Program-made: the position numbers and the translations under genes | The notes under the pieces: generated by a model | Database searches by the model: none | What the model was told of the DNA's origin: nothing | What the model saw: only the letters and a program-made list of their open reading frames with translations | NCBI GenBank assembly: GCA_050084985.1 | Contig: JBITNC010000001.1 | Span: forward strand, 104,098,001 to 104,162,000 | Direction of reading: 5' to 3' | Length of the DNA: 64,000 nt | Source of the DNA: Nageia nagi | Taxonomy: Eukaryota; Plantae; Pinophyta | Part shown: one piece after another, positions 55,200 through 64,000 of the stretch | How the letters are laid out: every line of letters begins with the position of its first letter | How positions within the stretch are numbered: the stretch's first letter is position 1

Positions 55200-58100
55200 G
55201 ATGTGTCTCCATCATCAATGTCCTCCTATTTTCAACTGATGTGGATGGCTCCTTCTATATAACATAAATAAACTTAATTTAGCATATATTATCATTCATA
55301 TTTATAATTCCCTTAAATATTTCATAAAATAAATTTAATCTATCTACAAGTTTTAAAAATGCACATAAATATTACCATATCATGATGCTAATATCCTTTC
55401 TCAATAACTATATCCTACTGTATAGATGATGTAGTGATCTCATCAAGATGAAATGCATGAGAAATAACATCCTAAAAGATCAAATAAAAACCTATTGAAT
55501 AAAAGTAATATTTTTAAATGGATATAAATTTTTAAGACCTACAAATTGCATGCACATAAACATTACTATATATTTTAGAAAATTACCAAAAAAGAAGTAG
55601 ACATATGAGTGACAACATATGGAGTGGTGGATGTTGAAGGCTCAGCCATTGACACACCCTCTCATCGATCAAATTGAACCATATTGAGATGGAAATCTAT
55701 CTGAAATATGAATTTTTTTAGCATAAAAATGTACATATTTAGATGCAAATAATATATAACAAAATTAATATGAAAAATCTTAAACTCGATATATTTGTTT
55801 ACCTCATAAGTTATGCCTGTAGATCTAGGAGTGGATGTCATAAAAGCTCTATAAGAAGCACCTAAAGTGAAGCCTCCAATAATCAACAATAAAATATGTA
55901 AATATATTTATATTTTGAATGAAGTATTTAAAAATACACATTACATACATATTAAACACACTAAACATATGGCATATGTACCTCTCTTCTAGTAAGGTCA
56001 ACATCATCCATCGACATCATCTCTATATAAGATATCCCATGATCAGTTGAAGGGGGTCCAACACATATATTACCCAACTATGGAAAAAATGAAGTACAAC
56101 TCCACTAACACCAACATCATCTCTAGCCTCATTGACATTAGCTACCGCATGGGTAACATTTTCAGTGAGAGTTTAGGTCACCTGACTCAATGCCCCCAAA
56201 ATCGAAACAACTACTTGATGAAAAGCTAGGCTAGGAACAAAAGGAGTGGGAGGAGAGATGAGTGGTGTAGGATGCAACAGTTGACCTAGATTAACCAATG
56301 CTCTAGGTATATTTTTCCTTGAGCCATAACTAATGCCTCGATTATGTCTCATATCAAAATAATTCACATGTTTTCATAATACACACTCAACATATATTTT
56401 CTTTCAAAAATACAAAGGGACATCATAATTGGAATATGGTGGTTTATCAAACATCAACCACCATTTATCTCAAAATGTTTTAGATATCATAGGATGGATG
56501 CACCAATCATAGGGAATTATTCCTTTATTATGTGGGATGGGTAGTCTTGTAGATGGATCAATGAAGAGTGGAGCAAGAGTAACTTTGGTAATACCTAACT
56601 TGTCTACCTTTCAAGTGGAGAGACCATCTGAATAATATTATGTTAGGTGCTCTCTCCATTACTTGAAACCATACATATCCCCATCGATGCTCTTAATAAT
56701 ATCAACTATGGTTTGCATCAAAGATGCAAATTGTAAAGCATGGATGAGGGAGCTACAAATACTCTAAATGTTGTGAATATTTTCTTGTAATTGGTTAATA
56801 TCATGAACAATAGCATCTCCTAAATGTAGCTCATTTGCAGTAGTGGGTTGGGGTGTAGGGTATGGAGGTTGAGAGGGTGGAGGGGTTAGAGGATTGACAT
56901 GTGGAAGGATTGGAGGATCAACATGTGGAGGGGTTGAATTCATTGGGATATTTGGGGTCACATCATCTAGTGTCTCATATATGTCATGATAAAATCCATG
57001 GGATGAGTCAACCATGATATTAAAAAGACACCTAGAAATATTAGCAATAACATAGAAATATAAATAAACTCATTATCATATTAGTAATACCATTTGAAAT
57101 ATTGCATGTTTAACTAGAAATACATAAAATATGCAAGGAAACCATATAAGAGAACTCTATAAATATGTAAAGTCTAATCAAATTCAAATCAAACAAGCTA
57201 TGCAATAAACAAAACACAATACAAGTCTATGAATATGTAATCAGATATGAAGCATGTCATTTAAGTATTTATATTTATCTCATTAAGATTGGGAAAAGCC
57301 AAAGTAAAGCATGAATTAATCTCAAAAATAAAAAAGTAGTAAGTGGATATAAACCCCTCGATATTTAGCCTAAGAATACTCACATGAATGTACTTATAGA
57401 TATGTAAAATATTAAAGATGATATAAGACCTCTTTGGCTTAGAAAGTGATATATAAATATCTGCCTACAACTATATTACTAAATGTATGGGTTGAAGTTT
57501 ATATCATACTTAGAACTACCATTATCAATAAGAAGGAAGTTTGAAACAAACTTTCAAATTGAGTATAATACTTGAGAATCATATCTCCTAAAATATAAGC
57601 CAAGAAAGTATAGCATTTGAAATGGTAAGATATATGCTATGATGCATATAAAACATGGAGGTACAATCATATCTCCTTAAACCTACCTTGAATCCATGTT
57701 AAGCTCATTACCACTCTTACGCAATTGTGGTAGGTTTGAAAGATGAAAGACAAAAGATTAAAATTTATCATTACTATGGAGTTATTTCTAGTGAGGTCTC
57801 AAGCTTAAAAATATTCTTCAAGAAGTTTAATAAGCATATATAGAAATTACTATTAATAACTACTAAATAATGAAGAAGAATATTGTTCAAGAGCTTATAT
57901 AGAAATGTTCAAGAATTTTAAGAATTTTTTGGTAAAAAAGGACGAAGAGCCTCACATCAAACAAATAAAGCCTCAATATCAAAAGAAGGTTGTCACTTAA
58001 TTTTATTATGGAAAGCTAGGACATATGTTGAAGTATTGCAAAAAGAGTAAGTTGATAATAAGATAAGATAAGGTGTCATTACACATCTAATTGAGTTGGT

Positions 58101-61015
58101 CGCAAATTTCTTGTTTCATTCCAATCAATACATGATAATGATATCTAGAAGTGTTACATCTATTTTGGTGCTACAACGTATATGATAACTAGAGAAAATT
58201 GGATTCACAACATCTAAGCGATGAAAGAAGGAGATGTTGCCTTAGGAAAAAATTCAAAATTATAAGTAAAAGGAGTTGAAAAAGATTCCATCAAACTACC
58301 CAATCGTAAGAAGACTTACATCAATGATATTTTGTATGTACCTAGTATGAAGAAAAATTTTATTTTAATTAGTCGAATATGTCAACAAAACATGAAAGTT
58401 CTGTTTATAAAAGGTAAACATATGATACATGATAGTCAATATAATTAATTATTGTTGATAAAGAGAAATCTTGATTATATAGACTTATCATTCAAAGTAA
58501 AAAAGTCTTTATTTATAAAGCATCATCAAAAGATCGATTATGGAATGAATGCATAATTCATTTGAATTATTCTAATCTTAAACTTATAAATATATTGAAT
58601 TGGGTACATGGATTACCAAACATATTATAAAAATATGTTTTTGTATTTAAAGCTTGTATCATGGGAAAGTAGCATAAATACAAGTTCAAAAAGAATAAAT
58701 CTTAGAGAGCTAAATCAAAGTTAGAGTTGGTACACTCTTATATATGTAGCCCTATGAATATAACATCTATTGGTAGTATAATATATTCCATCATATTGAT
58801 GAATAATTACTCAAGGAGTTTTTGGGTGTATTTTTGCAAGTAAATATCAAGCTTTTCATACTTTCAAAGATTTTTCAAAGCACAAGTTAAGAATAAAAGA
58901 TACATAAGGATCAAAATTCTCAAAATAGATAATGGAGGTGAATTTACTTCTAAATATTTTTTTACATATTCCAAGCATCATAATGTTGAAAGGAAAATTT
59001 TAACATGTTATACACCTCAACAAAAAGGATTTATGAAAAGGATGAAGCACATAGATTGGTAGAGAAGGAAATATACATGTTGAAAGAAAAGGAGCTTTCA
59101 CCCACATTCGAGGTAGAAGTAGTAAAAATAACTTTATACATGATCAATACAAGTGCTACAAAATTTATTCCAAACATGGCACCAATAAAAGCTAGGATCT
59201 AGGTAAAAAATCCATTCTTACTCATTTAAAAAGTTTATTTTTAATTTTGTATGCATACTCCATAATATAAAAGGTATAGATTATATATTACAAGCATAAC
59301 ATATGTATATTTCTTAGTTATAGTGATGTTAATAAAGTATATAGGGTTTGAGAATCATGTATCAAGGAAAGCAATCTTTGATGATGGCATTATAGAATTT
59401 AATGTTTAAAGGAATATAATTCTTTTAAGTAGTTAAATAACAACCCAAATCTAGCACACCCACTATAAGTGATAGTGAAGCAAAAGAAGAAGTCTCTGAT
59501 GAATCCTCTTCAAGTTGATCATCAAAGAAGTTACCCACATGGTATATCAAAATTGTAATTAATGCATAATGAATTTAAATAAATCACATCTAGGACCACT
59601 ACCTAATGAACACTTTATCCTCTCTTCAAATCAATGGAAAAGTTGGCTCCAAACCTAAAGAAAGGAACATGATGATAAAAAAATATACTAGGCCTATTAC
59701 TCCATATTTCTAATACATGAAAGCTAGCAAGCCTCAAGGAGAAGATCATTCTCCCAAGACACTCTCTATAATAGCCAAGGAAACTATTATGAAAGGCTCA
59801 TGTTACTAACAAAAATAAAAGGTAAAATAGTCTCACATAGTGGAGAATGTTCCAAATACTCAAAGGAAATGGAATTTTATATAGTTAACATCATGGAAGT
59901 GGTCATCCAAGTTAATTTATAATTTCTTAAGTTATCCTTCAATTATAGACAGTATTGTACCCTTGTTCTATTTTCCCATTAAATTCATACCTAATCTCAG
60001 CTCTTTGAAACACAAAAGGAATGCCTACACAACAATTTGCATTATCTATCTTGAACCTATCAATAAGATATATAAGGGAGGGAGAAGTTGTTAGATATAT
60101 AAAGAGAGATATTATTATGGTCAATATTTAATGGATTTATGAGGTTGAAGTGAAAGGATATTGAAGTCACAAAAGCAAATTGGGCATCATCCAAAATGGT
60201 CAATCCAATTTTACACACTCAAGTTAAACAAATATGAGATGAAATATGTGTGGTTTGTATGAATTATGTCATTAAACAAGCTTGAGTATGCAATGTCTAT
60301 TTTTTGAATTCCTTTTTTTTGACAAGTTTCTTCCATTTGAGCTCGTAACATCATTTAATACTCCTAAGGCTCACTTTTGAGGTGTTTCTATGTGATTGAG
60401 TAGGTCATGCAATAGTTCTTTGGGATGGAATTTGATTCTAGGTTTTAGTATTCTTTATTACCCTTTTATTAGATGTGTGGTTGTAAGGTTATGATCTTCT
60501 TTGTGAGTTTGGGTTAAGTTTTTGGTATTCAAGATTATTTTAACAAAATAAAAACCCATGAGAAATATCTTAATAAAATTATAAGGAAAACTACATATTT
60601 TAACCAAAAAAATTACTTTTTATTATTTCTACTTAACAAAACTACAAAAAAATGATATTTTAACAAAAAAAGGTAGTATGGATTGGACCACTAACTTGTA
60701 TAGCATAGGGAGAATTTGGAGGAAGTTGGTGGGTCAAAGGGAACTAAAATTAGGATCCCACAATGTGTAGGTCACCTTCATGCTAGTTGGGAGGTGTAGG
60801 TCATGGAGCTAGAAAATGAGATCTAAAGTAGGGTATTTGACTTCAAAATATTAGGATCCCAAAATATCAGGATCAAAATATAGGTTTAGTTGAAGAGCCC
60901 ATATAGGGATCCCAGTATGTCTTAGGATTAAGGACCAAAAATATTGGGATCCTAATATTTTTAAGCTCAAATTTTTACTCTACCATTCCTCTTAAAGTGG
61001 ACACAACTTCTTCCT
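55200..61015 (-). mobile_element. Unclassified transposon family, copy B, interrupted by a Copia
   Basis: Homology to 31480-34425 in the same orientation, with a shared end ttcctctt.aagtgga..caacttctt. Confidence 0.65.
57550..59450 (+). mobile_element. Decayed Copia gag-PR-INT remnant nested in copy B
   Basis: LELVHSYICSPM near 58720, DNGGEFTS at 58928, YTPQQKG, and protease-like GATTYM near 58165. Confidence 0.8.
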
Positions 61016-61719
61016 TCAAACCATTCTCAACATGATTCTTTGTATAAATTGGTTAAAAATGAACCTACTAAAATAGAAAGTTTAAGGGCTCAAGCAAAAG
61101 TGGGTTCAATAAATGTACAAAGTGCATATGATGATAATGTTATTGGTATTATGTGCAACCATTTGGAAAATTTAAATGTAGAAGCCCAAGCTTATTATGA
61201 GCATTGGTCGAGAGATAAAAATTTGGTAGAGATTGTAAAAGCCCAAAAGGAACAAGTAGAGGTAAGAATTTACTTTCCTAATTTCAATCTTTAGGTATTT
61301 TTGTTTATGTTTTAAAATTATTTTCATGTTTATGTTTATGAAATTTATATTATTATTTGATTGCAAGCAATTATGATAAATTGATAATAGATGTTCAAAT
61401 GTTTAAGATTCATTTAAAAAATGAAAAACAAGTGTCACTATAGCCATTGAAATAAATTATAAAATGCCTTAATTAAAAAAATGAATAATACTTATATTTT
61501 GATTATCAAGGAGCATCAACTCGATCCACATACCTTATGTAAAGAGAAAATCATTGCAGATCTAAGTTTGCTTTCATAAGATAATGCATCTACCTTACAA
61601 AGAAATATATTGTGTAATCTTACCAAAGAAGAAGATCTTATTGGCATTTAATCAAATGAGCTAGAGGTTCAGGAGGAAGAGATGTGGGAGAGGGATCTTA
61701 GATTCATTTTTTACTATTA

Positions 61720-62230
61720 AGACTTTTATACTACTTTGATGATTTATGTGGGACTACTTTGATGATGTTTATGGTTATTATTAAGACTACTTTGATTTAG
61801 ACTACTTTAATTGTTATATTATGTTTGATTTAGAATACTTTGAAAGTTATGTTATGTTTAGTCTAGACTACTTTGATGGTTATGTTTTTTTTGAAATTTA
61901 TGTAATAATCATGTTATATTTGAAATTTATGTTATGGTTGTATTTTATGTAATATTAGGTTATGGTTGAAATGGATGTAATGGTTATGTTATGTTTCTAA
62001 TTTATGTTATTGTTAAATTTTATGTAATGTTAGATTATAGCTGAAATGTATGTAATGATTGAAAGTTATGTAATGCTTGAATGTTAAGTTATGTTGGAAA
62101 TTGAAATATTATGTTTTACTAAATTTAAATAGATGATATATGAATGTTTGAATGTTATGTTAAGTTGAATTTTATGTATTGGTTGAATGTTATGTTATAA
62201 CTAAATTTTATTTAATAGTTGGAATATTAT
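61720..62230. repeat. Degenerate short tandem repeats (gactactttga; ttatgtaatgtt)
   Basis: Seen directly. Confidence 0.6.
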
Positions 62231-62568
62231 ATTTGTTCAAATTTATATAGTTGATATAAAAATTTTAATTATAAATCAATAATAACATATTTTTTTTTTT
62301 TTCAAATACATTATGCAAAAAATATCTAACAATTATTTTAGACAAAAAATACAAATATACTAATTGAAATTATAAGTAAATAATAACATGTAACAAATTT
62401 GATTAACAAAGCAAACTTCAAAGATCCAAAGCTATAAGTATTTGAAATTTGAACCCTTCAAGAATGTGTTTTATTTAGGTATTTCAAATTCAAACCCTTC
62501 AGTAACTTGTTCTATTCTTGCCTTTTTTTGCTAGTGCATACATTTCTATAAGAGCATTTTCTTCACAA

Positions 62569-64000
62569 TTATCTATAACTCTTCTTTCTGCAATTAAAAC
62601 CCAAATATCTACATTTTCTTTCTATAGGAAAAGAATCCAAAGCATATGAGGAAACATATAATCTAATACATGTATCCAAGTTTTTGTCCAATTTATTTTG
62701 AAATTTGGATTTAATAAACGTTAAAGCATTGAATACACTTTCAACTTTAATAGAATCCAAAACATTATTTGACACAATTCATATAATATGAAATATTCAC
62801 TAATATTATCTAAAAGAACAAAACTTGGATAAAGTTTTATCCAAATACATTTAATGGAATCATTTTCAATTGGTTTTAATAATAAAGAGTATTGCTCAAT
62901 CATAGAGAGTCCAAAATAGTTGGCTTATTTTGTAAATAACTTTTTATTTAAAATACCATTAATTTTTTATCCATTTATTTCTATAGCTTTACCAAAATGT
63001 GTTCCAAGAATTACCATATATTTGTGAAACAATCACAAAATAACTATTCATCATTATTTATATTCCAAAATTTAGGATTCACAAATACCATTGATTCAAG
63101 TAAATCATCTCATTGAAATCATTCATGGATTTCATTAGTTAAGGTTGTACAAATCTTTCTCAAATTAGTATGTGTTTCATAAATTCAATTACAAAAAAGA
63201 ACATAGTTTATAGGTTCAAATTCATATCCTGGTCCAACCAAATCCCTTCATATATTTTGAAATATGCAATGACATCAACTTTCCTTTCACTTCTATACAA
63301 ATACGATCACTGATATTAAATTTCAAAAAATTCTTTGAATCTTTAAGATTTATCAAAGTTTGCCATCTTTGAAAGATAAAGATAGTCATTTTCTCAAAGA
63401 TATGAAATCATATATATATATATATATATATTCAATCAAAACTCTTTTTGTTGGTTCATATAATGAAATTGATCTTGTATCATTATCTTTTAAAAGCTTA
63501 TTTCCATCAATTATTCTAATAAAGAAATTTTTGAACTCTATATCTTCTTGGGCTTCTTGCGATATATGCATGTAATTCATGAATAAGTTCTTCAACATTT
63601 TGATACACTTATAAAAGTGTTAATAATTATATATGGAAGGTTCATTATATATACCATACAATGAATGGGAATCATATAAGAAGCCACTAATGTTTTTAAT
63701 CTAACATAAAGATCATATAGATTACATTGCATTACTAATGCATCATTTGCTCCAACACATATCAATTTTGTAGTAATTTCATAATCATTCATTCTAACAA
63801 ATTTTTTTAAGTTATAAATAACTAACTTGTAAAGATTTTTTCCATTGCAATTTTTATCCATTTTATGAACATTTAATAGATGTGATGTCTTAAAATTATT
63901 CTAAAAATTGTATATATGCATACAAACCAATGAAGTATCATCCACTATTGTAACTTCATCAAGTGAAAGAGAAATAAATTATGATTTTTTAATTATATTT
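62569..64000 (-). mobile_element. Decayed hAT (ZNF862-like) transposase, continuing beyond the window
   Basis: LICVGANDALVMQ...MIPIHCMVYIMNL (decayed DGASVM...HCxAHxxNL) and dimerization-like S...ESVFNALTFIKSKFQNKL. Confidence 0.8.

Overview
AT-rich, CpG/CHG-depleted plant nuclear DNA, probably from a large gymnosperm-type genome (inferred from transposon composition and decay pattern, not proven). Most of the window is old, nested transposon debris: Copia and Gypsy/Tat LTR elements, a Sola2-like DDD transposase, a hAT transposase, and SINE/tRNA remnants. The only host gene family is a three-copy, minus-strand cluster of a two-exon type II membrane exostosin (GT47) gene. Its protein looks colinear with the N-terminal domain of animal EXT1 (heparan sulfate polymerase) as I recall it, rather than with typical angiosperm GT47 clades. 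Copy 2 (36341-37951) is complete except for one in-frame TGA just before the membrane anchor; copies 1 and 3 are pseudogenes. The most unusual structure is a 3.9 kb gag-only Tat-type element (16210-20102) with a perfect 5-bp TSD. Its 5' LTR is replaced by a 198-bp hairpin, so the element ends in 115-bp inverted termini. It sits inside a 16.8 kb pol-less Gypsy carrying an antisense Plant Mobile Domain remnant, which in turn appears to interrupt a Copia 3' end. All family assignments are from motif recognition by eye; no searches were run.
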